Positions 49,336-62,050 of a DNA stretch of 64,000 nt are shown here, piece after piece. Under the pieces are notes generated by a model, which did no database searches, was not told the origin of the DNA, and worked only from the letters and a program-made list of their open reading frames with translations. Source of the DNA: the human T2T-CHM13v2.0 reference genome, Homo sapiens; NCBI RefSeq assembly GCF_009914755.1, contig NC_060926.1; one strand, written 5' to 3'. Position numbers and translations under genes: made by a program. Position 1 is the first letter of the stretch. Each line of letters opens with the position of its first letter.

Positions 49336-50229
49336 CTCCAAAGAACGAACCAGGGGTGGAGCCTCAGGCTTTCTAGATGTTGGATCTTTGTGGAGAGTGG
49401 TTCTTGTGGGTGCTGCTCACGAACACCATTTGCGTTGCCAGTTGAATTCATCTTCTGTGCACCAGGCACTGTGTTAGATGCTGAGAAGTGTAATGAATGA
49501 GGCTTGGCACCTGCCCCACAAGCTGCCAATCAAGAGAGCCTGTCAGGTAAAGAGAGAGGTGACACTGAGCTTGAAGGAATAGCAATAGAGAAGATAACAG
49601 AGAAAATAACAATGGAGGCCTGCAGTGGGCCAGGTGCTATTCAGACCATCATGCTCAGATCAACTCCAGGTCCCTGGCCCCGAGGCCCACATTCCTACCT
49701 CCCTCCATTAAGCCTCTGCAGAGACACAGAGAAGGGCCGGGAATGGGCCCAGCAACATGGTGGGTCCTGGAAGCTCTGGATCTGGACCTGGCTGGGGCCC
49801 TGGTAGGTGCCTGGGAAGTTGACAGGCCTGTCAAAGGGGCTTTGTCATCTCAGAAACCTGACCGCTTTGAGGGTAAAGGCACCCCGGAGGAGTTTGGACC
49901 GAGGGTGGCCTGTGATCAGCTCTTTCGAGAGTCTTCCGTCAGCCACTGTGGCAGCACCTGGAAGAAGAAACAGAAGCAGAGCGGAAAAGGAAGGAACTCC
50001 CCAGAGCAGGAAAAGAAATTCCTTTTAAAACATCTTTTTTGCTTCCCCGTCCCTGGAATCTCCATCATTCATTGAGAGATACTATAGCCATTGATATTCA
50101 TGTGACTCCTTCCATCCTTCTAACCACCCAAGAGTGTAACTCAATTTTTCAGAAAGGGAAGCAGAGAATCTCCGAGGGGGATGGAGAATGATTTGCCCAA
50201 GGTCACACCACACAGAGACACAGGATTAG

Positions 50230-50800
50230 GAAGGCCCAGGCCGGGACTCCCAGAGCCGCAAGGGCCTCCTCCCCCTAGCAAGGGGAAAAGCCTCAGGCAG
50301 GCCGCCTGCTCTGGGGCGTTTGCCCCGTGGGGCGTCGGAGGGAGTGGCCTGCGTCCTGGGTCCCCGAAAGACCCTGGGGAGCCCTGGCGGCCACCGAGGG
50401 GGCACGAGCTGGGCAGGAAAAGAGCCTCCAGCTCCCCAGCGCTCCACATCTGCGCGGGGGGCTCCCAGCGCCTGCAGCGGTGTCGCAGTGCGCGTTTCCG
50501 CGTCCCGGGGGCCGTGCCGAGCGGATGCTGCTGCCTGCGTGTGAACAGGGCTTGTTTTCCCTTCACGCCCTCGGGCTCCGTTTTTATGAAGCACTTCCTT
50601 CTGTTGGCGCTTTGGGAATATTCATTCTTGGCTCGCACCGCGCACGGTTGACAGTTGGGCTGGGAAATGTACCCGCGGCTTAATTAGGGCATCGCCAGAC
50701 CTGCCAAGCTCCAGCTCCTCCCCTTCGCGATTGCCGCGACCCCAGGGACCCCCGGGACCCCCAGGGCATGCCCCACGCTGTGGGAGGGCGCCTCGCTGCT
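50230..50800. promoter_or_regulatory. CpG island 1 (orphan; promoter/enhancer candidate)
   Basis: Dense CpGs (gcgcgtttccgcgtcccggggg, cgcaccgcgcacgg) against a CpG-depleted background. Strong donor CAG|GTAAGC at 50889/50890. Confidence 0.75.
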
Positions 50801-51379
50801 CCTGAGGCTGTACCATCAGTGCTCCACCCGTGTGCCCCGCCTCATAGAAACCTGTCCTGGCCAAGGCATACCTATGACCTGTCCTACAGGTAAGCAGCCC
50901 TATTGCACGCCTTTGTTCTTTCTGTTGCTCCCTCTGGAATGCCTTCCGCTGTCCTCTGGGCATAGTCAGAACTCTCCTGCCTGCAGACCACTCCAGATTC
51001 CTTCTACTCACCATCCCTAAATCTAATGTCCTGAAGCCTCACTGCTGCAGTGCCCCAAGGACTGCCCTGGACCTACCTACATGGGCCACCTGCTCTGTTT
51101 CTAGGCATCCTTACCTGGAATCCAGGAGGAGAGGCTCACCTGTAGGTTTCGTCCTGTTTTTGAGGAAGCTGAAGGTAGCATTAACAGGAAGGCTGGCTTT
51201 CCAAGCACTGCAGAGCTGAAAATGGACAGCATCCATCTACACAGCCAAGGGCAAGATCAGGGAAAACCTCGCACCCCAAAAGCCCAGAGGAACACCACGG
51301 AAGGAGGCTGGCTAGGTTGACTTTAAATGTCAAGCCAGAAAATAAATATTGAAAATTCAACTGCATGTGATATTAAAAT

Positions 51380-51700
51380 CCCACTATAAAAAAAAAAACT
51401 AGAAAAAATATTTGCAACACATATGGCAAAGGGTGAGTTTCCTTAAATGCTAAAGCACTCCTACAGTCAGCGGAAAATCAACAACCCCAGGGGAACACGA
51501 GCAAATAGCAACAGGCCGTTCACAGAACACAGCCCCAAATGGCTTCCTCAGAAATGAGGAGATGTGCAACCTGCTGCACGATGACGGGAATGTGGAGGTG
51601 AAAAATGACATCCTGCTTTAGATTGGGTAGAGAAACACCTTCAAGAGTGTGGCTCTGTCGGGGGTACCCACCGGCTTGGATGGTGAGGGCCCAGCATGAT
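51380..51700 (+). mobile_element. Diverged L1ME-type fragment
   Basis: agaaaaatatttgcaacacatatggcaaaggg...gcaaatagcaacaggccgttcacagaa...caaatggc. Confidence 0.65.
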
Positions 51701-54700
51701 TTCAGTGACAGCCTGCATGGCAGGGGGAGAGCCTGGGTGAGGTTTCACCACTTCCCAGTGGTGTGTCCGCCAGCAGCTTATATTCTCTGAGCCTCGGTCT
51801 TCCCATCTGTAAACGGAGGTCCTGGGAACTGGTGTTTCCTGGGAAGATGAAGGTGTGGTCGGGGAGGGAAGAATCAGGGAGTGCCACAGAGGCTGAGAGG
51901 GCCCTGGGGGAAGGACGAAGGGGTCCCAGTGGGGAAGAGTAGGGGCATGAGAGGGTGGGAGAGGAAGTCTTGGTGGGGGCAGACCCAGAATGGCGGAGGG
52001 AATGGGATGAAAATGGAGTTGGCCTTGGAGACCACATCTTCAAGATTATTTGGTGGTAGAGGAAAGGAGAGAGCCTGCAGGAGGGATGGGATACAGATGG
52101 GAAGGTGACGAGGATGAGGGACATGAGAATATCTGAAGACTGTGAAAATGGCCTAGGGTCCCAGGCCCTGGCTCTGCAGCAGCATCTCAAAGCCTGGCCC
52201 ACAACGAATTCTTCAGGCTGGCCTTGTTTTATGTGACCCAATCTAGCAGAAGGCCAGGTTGTGCTTGCACAGCTGGAACGTACCCAGAGCCCAATAGAGG
52301 GATGGGCCCAACCCAGCTTCCCAGGAATCGACTGGCGATGGTGGCATTTAACTCAGATCCACGAGGACAGCAAGACCAGAGGAACAGCCCAGAGCATGAC
52401 ATGTGAAGGAGGAAGCAGAAACTCTGGCCGAGGAAAGGCCCAGCACCACGGCCAAGCAGCAAGGCTAATAGGAAAACTGATTCCAGGGTCAGAAGCTGGG
52501 AGGAAACCTAAAATGTGTGCTCACGAAAAGGTGCCTGACATAAAGAGGGCGTTCCACTAACATTTCACAAATGCGTAAACTGAGAGCAGACTCAAGCTCG
52601 AGCCCATGAGTGCAGCGAGGATACAGAGGTACGGTGGCTATGAGGACGGGTGCAGAGCAGGTAGCACATGTGCGGTGGAAATGTCTGCTGCAGGCCTCAG
52701 CACTCTCGAGAGTGCATGTGCAATAGGCAAGCACTCTGCTCCCCAGAGAATTGTCATCTCAAAGGGAGGAAGGCCTTCCTTCCTTCAGTTACTGGGGGCC
52801 CAGCAGCTGAATGCAGGCTCCCTGGATTCTACAAGATTGCTTTCCTTGGTGCCTTGGGGTACATGACTTTCACCGTACTGGAAACTCTACTAACCTTGGA
52901 TAAAGAGAGAGAAAGCTCCTGAGCTCATAGCTTTCAGGGTCTCAAGGAGGGGCAGCGAGGGCAGGGGAGTAAGGGAGAAACCTGGGAAGCTCTGAGCACC
53001 TGCAGACTTCCGGCTCATATCCTTCCATCGTGCCTCGGTTCTCCCAGCTCCCTGTGCAGACTTAGGTCAGATCCAGCAGAAGTATCTGATTGGTGGCTGG
53101 CCAGCCAAAGGGTAGCACCCTCCAAATCCACTCCTAGTCCAGTGGGCTCCAGACTGAGCTTGTTGGGGCGGGTCACATTTGAAGAGGAAGTGGGATTCAG
53201 CAGGCCAATGAGCTAATATCTGGGTTGTCTTGGATGATCGGTGGTTGACTCCAGAGGCTGCGTGATAGAGCAATGAAGGCCTGAAACAGCCTCAGCCCAC
53301 CTGGGCTCTATCTCCTCCCTCCAGAGCTGCAGAATGCAGCTCAATCTCCCTCCCAGCCCCAGGTTCTGAAATTGCAAAATGGAAATAATAATGTGTTTGT
53401 CACAGGTTGTTGTGAGAAGAAAATAAGATAATAAAGAGGATAGTGCTCTGCAAACTAGAGATGAGTTGTTTTATTTCACACTCAAGGAAGTGAAAGTCTT
53501 GAGTTTTACTTTCCATGAAATCTTGGTCCAGCTCCCAGCCGATGCTGGGCACGGGTCAGACCTTACCCCTTCATCCACAGCTTGTGAGGGAAAATGCACG
53601 TAAGTCTTTCTGCAGATGGCACCAGGCTGGACCAGCTCAGCTTCAGTTGTATCGCTGTCCCCAGAGGAAGGTGGGTTAGCCCTCTGGGTCTCACTTTCTC
53701 CATCGGCAAAAGGGGCTTGCAGAGGACTGCCTCACTCAGCTCACACACTGCTGGAGGATTACATAATCCCCTTCTCCCTGCTTGCCTTCTTTGCTCCACA
53801 TTTGCTTTCTTCCCCTGCTCTCTGGGGTTTCTGTGGATGGTGGCAGCTGACAAAGAAGGAGCCCTTTGGAGCATTTCTATGCCCTCAGCAAACTCTCCCT
53901 CCTGCCAATTCCTCTGAAACCCAGGCCACCTGCCTGCACAGCCCAATGCCAGATGAGAGTGCACTTTGCGTTCATCTTTAATTGTTTCAAGTATGTCAGT
54001 AACATTTTCACAGCTGGATTCTAAACCTCAGAAGTTGTTGATGATCTCTTTTAGGAAGGTCGCAGGTGCCCTCCCTGCAGGAGCAGAGCAGGCACACGGC
54101 AGCAAGTTTGTTGAGCGAAAAAGGAACAGAGCAGATCTCAGCACAGTGCTCTTGCTGACTCGACTGGTCCTTCCTTCCAGTTCTCAGCCTCTTGACCTCA
54201 ACACGTTCCTCACTGTCCCCACAGCTTCAGTTTCCCATACTTTGCATGCTTGGAACAAAGTACTCCTCTCGAGTGGGCCCACCGAGCTCCTTCCTCCTGG
54301 ACCCCTTCCCACTGGTCCCTGGGATCCTGGGACACCAGCGAGGAGGGGCTGTCGCTCCTGAGCTCGCACCCAACTCTGCAGGCCCGGGTGTTATCTCTTG
54401 CAGCAGCTGACAGTGGCGCCGGCACCACTTTGGTGTCACTTTTAACACTGCGCGTTAACACCACTGGCTGACTGTCTGCGCAAGGAGGCCCCGGCAGAGC
54501 CGCGTGCAGCCACACCCCACATGTGGAGTTGTTAATCCGGCAGTTGTTCAGCAGGTTCTCTGGGCCTCACCTCCAAACGTGTTACTTCTGGAGGGAAAGA
54601 CGCCCACAGAACAGCACAAGCTCTCCAGGAAGGAACGACAGAACCGGCCTGTCCTGCGTTGGCCAGGAAGAGAAGAGGAGGCATTTCTGAGCAAGGACAT

Positions 54701-54940
54701 GCAAAGTTTTGGTGCCTGGATCTCTGCCACCTACATACAGTTCCCTAAATTAGAAGAATAAGAGGAAGGAGAGAACGAGGAAGAGGGAAATAGTGTCACC
54801 ATACAACTTAAAATCTTTTCTTAAATCTGCAGCTTTATCCGTGCCACATGTTTTCGAAGAATATTTTATGATGTAATGGGAAGAGACAAAAGCAGTGAAA
54901 AAGCAAAATCACAGACGCGATGTGTCTTCGATTCTGGGAA

Positions 54941-55354
54941 TGTGTGGGGTGGACGTAGTCACGGTGTCCCAGGTCCACCCGCCCATTGCATCCAGGCACC
55001 CTGGAAGATTTCCCTTCCTCGCCCCTTGATATCAGGATGGTTGTGTGAGTTGCTTTGGCCAGTGAAATGCGAGAGAAGTAACCTGTGTCACTTCTGGGTG
55101 ATGGTGTTCAATTGCTGGTGCAACCCTTCCCAGCCCACTCTCCCCTGGCCTAAGCAGTCATGGGAATGTGTATTCATTCTGAAGGCCCAGAAGCTCAAAG
55201 GAGCCTCTATCACTGAGCCACAATATGGGAAAGAGCACCTGAGAGTCACCCAGACTCCTGTGATCTGGGTATGAGCAGAAATGAACCTCTGTGCCTTGAA
55301 ACCACTGAGATTTTGGTACGGTTTTCCCTGGACTATGATCTACACTGACTGATA
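54941..55354 (+). mobile_element. MLT1I/J-type MaLR LTR
   Basis: ttgctttggccagtgaaatgcgagagaagtaacctgtgtcacttctggg, atgagcagaaatgaacctctgtgccttgaaaccactgagatttt, terminal ctgactgata. Confidence 0.8.
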
Positions 55355-55519
55355 AAATAAGTATACAAAATAGATGGAAAAATATTATCGAGAAGCATTG
55401 CAGTGACTGGTAATTTTTGTTTTTACACTTTACCAGATTTCTCCCATTTTTTACAGTCAGCATGTTTTACTTTTATGATGTTTAAATGTTCCCGGTCTTA
55501 CGCATAGCTAGCTTTTTTG

Positions 55520-56000
55520 AGTAAATAAATGTGTCCTTGGTACGGGGCTATGTGTTTCACTGTGTCATCTCACTTAATGCTCTGAAAACCCTAAAAGGAT
55601 TTTCCCATTTTGCAAATGAGATATTTGAGTTTTAGAGAGATTAGGTGCCAGGTATTCTACACTCATTATCTCATTTATCTCTTCAGAGGCTCAAAATATT
55701 TTCTACCAATTTTAAAGGTGAGGCTTGGGGAAGTCGCCCACAGTTAGTCACTTAGGAATTGAAGAAAGTGAAATTAAAACAACCACCATCACAACAGATA
55801 CCCTTTATTGGATGCTTTTATGTGCCAGGTCTAGGCATGGTCTCATTTAATCCTTTCAGTAACCCTACCATGTAGGTGCTAATATTATCCTTACCTTCTA
55901 GGTTAAAAAATGGAGGCTCAGAGAGATTGAGCAACTGGCCTAAGGCCACACAGCTAGCAATCTGTAGAGCTGGGACTGGCACCTTGGTCTGTCTAAATTT
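55520..56000 (-). mobile_element. Cluster of MIR fragments
   Basis: Repeated MIR cores: atctcacttaatgctc...cccattttgcaaatgag; tatgtgccagg...tctcatttaatcct...gaggctcagagagattgagcaactggcctaaggccacacagctag. Confidence 0.8.
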
Positions 56001-56169
56001 TGGTCAGCTCATTTTGCTAAGAACGAGGCTGGTACAAAAGGTGATTTTTAGGTAATACATGCAAGAAAATTTTTAAATTAAACTTCTAATTTTATAAAAA
56101 ATTGTATGTTCAAAATTTTCAAAGCCAAATGGTGCCCTGAGGCTGACAATGAAATGCAGCAGTCCTGCC

Positions 56170-57050
56170 TTGCCTCAGAAGAAGCTACTTTAAGTCTTTT
56201 AGCTGTTCCTTCTGACATTTCCTTTCATATTTCTAAATATCGTTCTCTAGATGTATTTTTCAAATATTATGTATTGGCTTCCTCCTGTGGAAGATTGCTG
56301 GTTCTCCACCAGCCACCATCCACAAACACACACTTTTTCTTCCAAGATAGTCCTATCACAGTTGCTAAATCAACACTCAGTTGTTACCGTATCATATCTA
56401 CATATAGATTATTCACAGCTAAACAAGGGACTATATTATGGTTACAGTTGCAGTCTTGTACAGCTTTTTGTTTTCCCTGGAGTTAGTAAGTACCTCAGTT
56501 TTTAAATTTAATTAGTTTTTGATGTAAGATTACTAATTCTTCCCACAAACCGTGACAATAAAACTCTAAAATTTCTCGTAATATAGTCAAACACATCTGG
56601 CAACCTATCAGTTCTGTTTTTTTTCTTTGAGCCCTCCTGCTTCTACCTGGATCAGTTGCTCTCCTGGCCGTTGCAGTAGAAGTTGTGAAATTTCTCTTCA
56701 ACGTTACACTGGGAATTCCCTTTCCCTCTGTCCTGTGTCGGTGCCTTGTTTCTTAGATACTAAGTCATCTTCTTTCTTGCTTTACTCCCTTCATTTTGTT
56801 GTAATATACACGCCAGTAGCTTCCTTGGAGGCTGCATATGGGAGTTCAGTTTTTGGATAATTGATTGACAGTTTGGCTGGAGGTATAAATCTCAGTTGGA
56901 AATCATCTCCCCTCAGAGTTCTGAAGGCAGTTCTCTATTGGCATGTGGTGTTCTAGGTTGATGTTAAGCAGTCCGATGCCATTCTGATTCTCGATCCTCA
57001 TGGTGTGACTTTTTCAGTCTCCAAAAGCTTCTAGGATTGTCTGCTTATCT
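56170..57050 (-). mobile_element. HAL1/old L1 fragment (antisense)
   Basis: ttttagctgttccttctgacatttcctttcatatttctaaata; gacagtttggctgga...aaatcatctcccctcagagttctgaaggca...gatgccattctgattctc. Confidence 0.65.
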
Positions 57051-57199
57051 TTTGTTTCTAAAAAAAATTTTCATAACACTTAATACTTATTCTGAAAAAA
57101 ATGCTTTCAATAAGTTAGACTAGATGGATAATTCCATAAATTAGCATTTATCTATTTTAGCCCAGTCATCTATTTTATATCTAGAATAAGCCAGGGGGC

Positions 57200-58070
57200 A
57201 GATACTTTCCACACTGTCATCACCATCGCCACTACTCTGGAGGATTAGCCAATGCTCCAGGAAAGAGGTATCCGATTGGAGAGGAGGAGGTAATTTATCC
57301 GTGTTTGAAGATTATTTGACCATTTACATGGAAAACCCACAAGAATCAACTGAAAAAGTTATTGAAAATGACTAATTGTGTAAGGTAGCTGGATTCAAAA
57401 TTAGCGTTCTATTATCAATGGCCTTCAAATACACAGACAACAATCAGAACTAAAATATAATGGATATAAGACTCCATTTGCAAAAGCAACCTAGAAATAA
57501 ACTTCTTAAAAAATGTGCAAAACCATTTAAATGCTGCCAAAGGATACAAATGTGAACTTACAGCACATTCTTGGGTTAAAAATCTCAACATTATAAGGAT
57601 GCCAGTTCTCCTAAATTAAGCTACACATCAACACAATCGCAGTGAAAATACTAACAGAATTTCTTGTGGAACTATACCAGCTGATTTTAAAGTTGATATG
57701 GAAAAATATACATGCATCCAGGAAAAGTTTGAAAACAGAAATGTAAAAAGCAGAGATAACCCCATCCATTATTTACTTGTATTTTAAATCTATTATAAAG
57801 CTAAAACAATTAAAACTATGGCACAAGTACATGAATAGCCATATAATTCAGAAATTACTAGAAGTCATCCAATATATATAGGAAGTTACCATATGATCAA
57901 GTTGGCACTTAAAACAGGATTTATCCATATTTGGTATTGGAACAATTGGCTACCCATCTGTAGAAGAAATTAATTTAGATCCTCACTTCACATGTTATAC
58001 CAAAATAAATTCTACATGAATCAAAGGTTTAAATGAAATTCTTAAAGAACCAGAAGAAAATAGGGGATAT
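57200..58070 (+). mobile_element. Old L1M ORF2 (reverse-transcriptase region) fragment
   Basis: tttgaagattatttgaccatttacatggaaaacccacaagaatcaac...aaggtagctggattcaaaatt is a decayed FADDMIVYLENP...KVAGYKIN. Downstream L1 order is preserved. Confidence 0.82.
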
Positions 58071-58237
58071 GGGAATGACTATCTATTGAGCCTTTACTTC
58101 AGCTCAAGGCCTGGTGACAGTAAGCAGGCCCAGCTCATGGACTGTGGGCTGAATAATGGATTGATTGACTATCAGGTCCTTTACTAGATGCTGTAGCAGT
58201 GGCTGCCAATTGCACGCACTGGTCTAGATTTGCTACA

Positions 58238-59169
<932 letters not shown>

Positions 59170-59184
59170 CTACATGTCATTTGT

Positions 59185-59355
59185 CTGGTTCTACCAGTGT
59201 TAAAATAGTTTTTATTTTGGTCTGATATTTTACAAGGGAGTTTTCACATCAAAATCTGGATTTCGGGCCTCCCCTGAAAATGTATACCAATCTGGCAGCA
59301 CTAGACCCTTATTCCTTCATGGACCAAGCAGCTGAGCCACTGCCCTTTAAAGGCC
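59185..59355. mobile_element. MER102-type hAT fragment
   Basis: cacatcaaaatctggatttcgggcctcccctgaaaa...atctggcagcactagaccc...gctgagccactgcccttta. Confidence 0.6.
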
Positions 59356-59619
59356 TGAGGATGGGACATATGGTCTGGGAGTCCTGAGGAGCCAACAGGA
59401 CCCAGTGAACAGGCAGGTAATGGGAGCAGTGGCTGGTGGGCCCAGAGCCCTAGGGTAGGGGGTGAGGGGATGAGGCTGCAGCTGTGGCAGGGTGGGGCAG
59501 TTCCTGGGCTGCTGTTGTCACCCAGGCGAGAAGTCGTGGCAGAGGGAATGCGAGGGAGAGGCCTGGCTGGAGGGAATTTGGGACTTGAATCCACAGCCCA
59601 CAGGGCTTGAGGACAGATG

Positions 59620-59620
<1 letters not shown>

Positions 59621-59666
<46 letters not shown>
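59621..59666. repeat. (TG)23 perfect microsatellite
   Basis: Direct count of uninterrupted TG units. Confidence 0.98.
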
Positions 59667-59668
<2 letters not shown>

Positions 59669-59759
59669 GGGGTGTGCAGGGGAGCCTAGCTGTTGGAGGA
59701 GGAGGTGAGGAAACACCCCAAGATGCTCACATAGAGAGGTAACTGCTCATGAACACGTA

Positions 59760-60080
59760 GACCAGATCCAGTCACCCTCCTGCTTAAAACCCAAGCACCC
59801 TACCTGAGAGGCCCGGCCCCTGCCCACCCCTTACCCGAGAGGCTGGGCCCCTGCCCACCTGGGTGATCCTTTGCTCTCACTCTGTGCTCCCTTGTACTCC
59901 AAGCCACGCAGCCCTTGGGCCATCCTAGAACCAGCCAAGGGCTTTTTTTTGGCCTCAGGGCCCTTGCACTCACTGTTCCCTCTGCCTGAGACACTGTTCC
60001 CCTGACTCCTTAGCTGGCCAGTTCCCTCCTCATCCTTCAGGTTTCCTCTTAAATATGCTCTCCTAAAAGAGGTCTGGAAT
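59760..60080 (+). mobile_element. L2 fragment
   Basis: gtcaccctcctgcttaaaaccc, gcctcagggcccttgcactcactgttccctctgcctg, cctcctcatccttcagg. Confidence 0.8.
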
Positions 60081-60539
60081 AAGCTCCTAGAGGCCAAGGG
60101 ACAGCAGGAATGCTGACTCCCACGGGGTCCCCGGGCCCATGGAAAGAGGAGTAGATTTCTGAGTGCAAAGGGAAACCTTTGAAGGGCTGGCGTGGGGGGT
60201 GGGGCGATGAAGCAGCTGGGTCTGATTTACCCCCTGAAAGCCTGCCAGTAGCACCCGCATGGGAAACCACAGGGCCGGAGTGGCCACTGGGGAGAGTTGG
60301 AGCCCTTGTGCTGGTGACAGGCGCAGAGGTAGTGCAAATGGAGAGAGGACATGGGGTATTCTGGAACCCACAGGACTTGCGGAAATGCGGGAAGGAGTGG
60401 GGTGAGAGCCATAGGCAACAGGAAAGAGTCAAGCGGGGTGGCGCTGTTTCCAGCCCCAGCAGGGGGTAGGAGGTGGTGCCAGTTTCCTACGGTGGAAACC
60501 CAAGGAAGGCACGAAGCAGGTGTGCTTTGGAAGGAACAG

Positions 60540-61380
60540 TTCTGGCGCAGCGCCTCTTCCTGTCGGCCCCCTTCTACAGTGCGCCTGGACACAGGGTGAC
60601 GGCGCAGAGCTGCGCGGGCATCCCCAGCTCCGTGGCTCCGGCTCAGGTCGGCTGAGAGGCCTGGATCGAGGCACGCTGTCCCTGCGCCGCCCGCACTGCC
60701 AAGGGCAAGGGCACGGCCGTGACCGGGTAGGAGGCGGATCCCACCTGTGAGCCACTGAGCCACTCAGCCTCCGGGGAAGAGCGAAGATCAAAGCGGCACC
60801 CCACGTCGCGGGGCTGGGGAGGGAAGGGCATGAAGGCCTGTCCTCTGCGAGGCTTCAGGCGCCTGGAGGCAGGGTGGGAGGGCAGGGCGCGGGGGCTTTG
60901 TCTGCGCGGAAACGCCCTGCCCGGCGCCCGCACAAAGGCCGCTTTGTGCCCGCGGCCGGCGGAGGTGGGGGCCGCGCGTCCCCGGATCCCCCTGCCCCGG
61001 CCCGGCCCGCGGCCCCGAGGGGGCGCCCGCCACTTCGCCGCCGCCAGCCCGTGGCCCCGGGCGCCAAAGGGCCTCTTAATTGTTCCCAGAACGGGTGGCA
61101 TTTAGGTCAATTAATATGCAAAACAGGAGTAAATCATCTCATTCGCGGGCCCCACGCGGGGCGGGGAGCCGAGGCATTTGCTAGGCAGCGAGGTCGCGGC
61201 CCCCGCCGCGTGTTTATCTGGGGAAATGGAAATCAGGCGACGCACAAAGCCGCCCCGCGGGCCGGGCCGCGCCCTCGGCCGCCCTCGGAGGGGTCGCCGG
61301 CGCCGGTCCCGACCTGCGGCCCGGGCTGGCAAGTCGGCTGCAAGCCTGGGGTCGCCTCTGGCCCTCTCTGGTCCACCGTG
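60540..61380. promoter_or_regulatory. CpG island 2 (orphan; promoter/enhancer candidate)
   Basis: Very dense CpG/GC (gccgccccgcgggccgggccgcgccctcggccgccc), GC boxes and an internal AT-rich motif core at 61075-61140. No coding exon recognised nearby. Confidence 0.88.
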
Positions 61381-61759
61381 CCTAGCTGGTGATAGCAGGA
61401 GTTCTGTTATTACATAAATCAGGTATTGGGAGAATAATACGATTCCCTAAGTGCTTCGAATTGGAGCTTGCGTGCTCCTGACCCATTATTATGCTACTGA
61501 GCCTTGACTGAAGTCCAAAGCCTACTCGCATTCCTGCATTTAATCCTCAAAATCGCACTAAGAGGCAGGTGATTATTCCTATTGTTCAGCTGAAGAAACC
61601 GAGGCAGAGAGGTGAAGATCGTCACCTGGCCCAGACTAAGCCCTTCACCATTAAGGTGTGAGCCCCAGGCCTCTGTTATTTCACTGGGCAGCTCTCTTCG
61701 CTGGGGAAAATGGCCCCTGCAGGCAGAGTTCTGTGAGTCTCGCTACTACTGCACCATCC

Positions 61760-62050
61760 TTACTCATTCTCCCTGAATTCCAGAAATGTAACAGGACCCA
61801 CTGTGCACCTGCACTCTTCTAGACTCAGACGGTTCCACAGGGAACAAAACAAGAGATTTTGGCCTCTTAGGACACCAGCGAGAGCACCTCCAGGAGAAGC
61901 CAGCAGGGCGACAGGAATGGCCCCTCGAAGGAGGTGACACCTGAGCAGAGACCTGAGGGAGGTGAGAGAGACTTCCAGGAAGAGGCAATGGTCTTGAGGC
62001 TGCAGCATAAGGAGGCCAGGGAGGGGGGTGTGTGGAGCAAAGCGGGAGGG
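61760..62050 (-). mobile_element. L2 3' fragment
   Basis: agggaacaaaacaagag, ggcccctcgaaggaggtgacacctgagcagagacctgagggaggtgag, ttccaggaagaggcaat. Confidence 0.78.

Noticed and set aside
60643-61417. Arg/Gly/Pro/Ala-rich ORFs over CpG island 2 (same applies to island 1)
   Set aside because: Open in several frames on both strands because stops are rare at very high GC; no protein similarity recognised.
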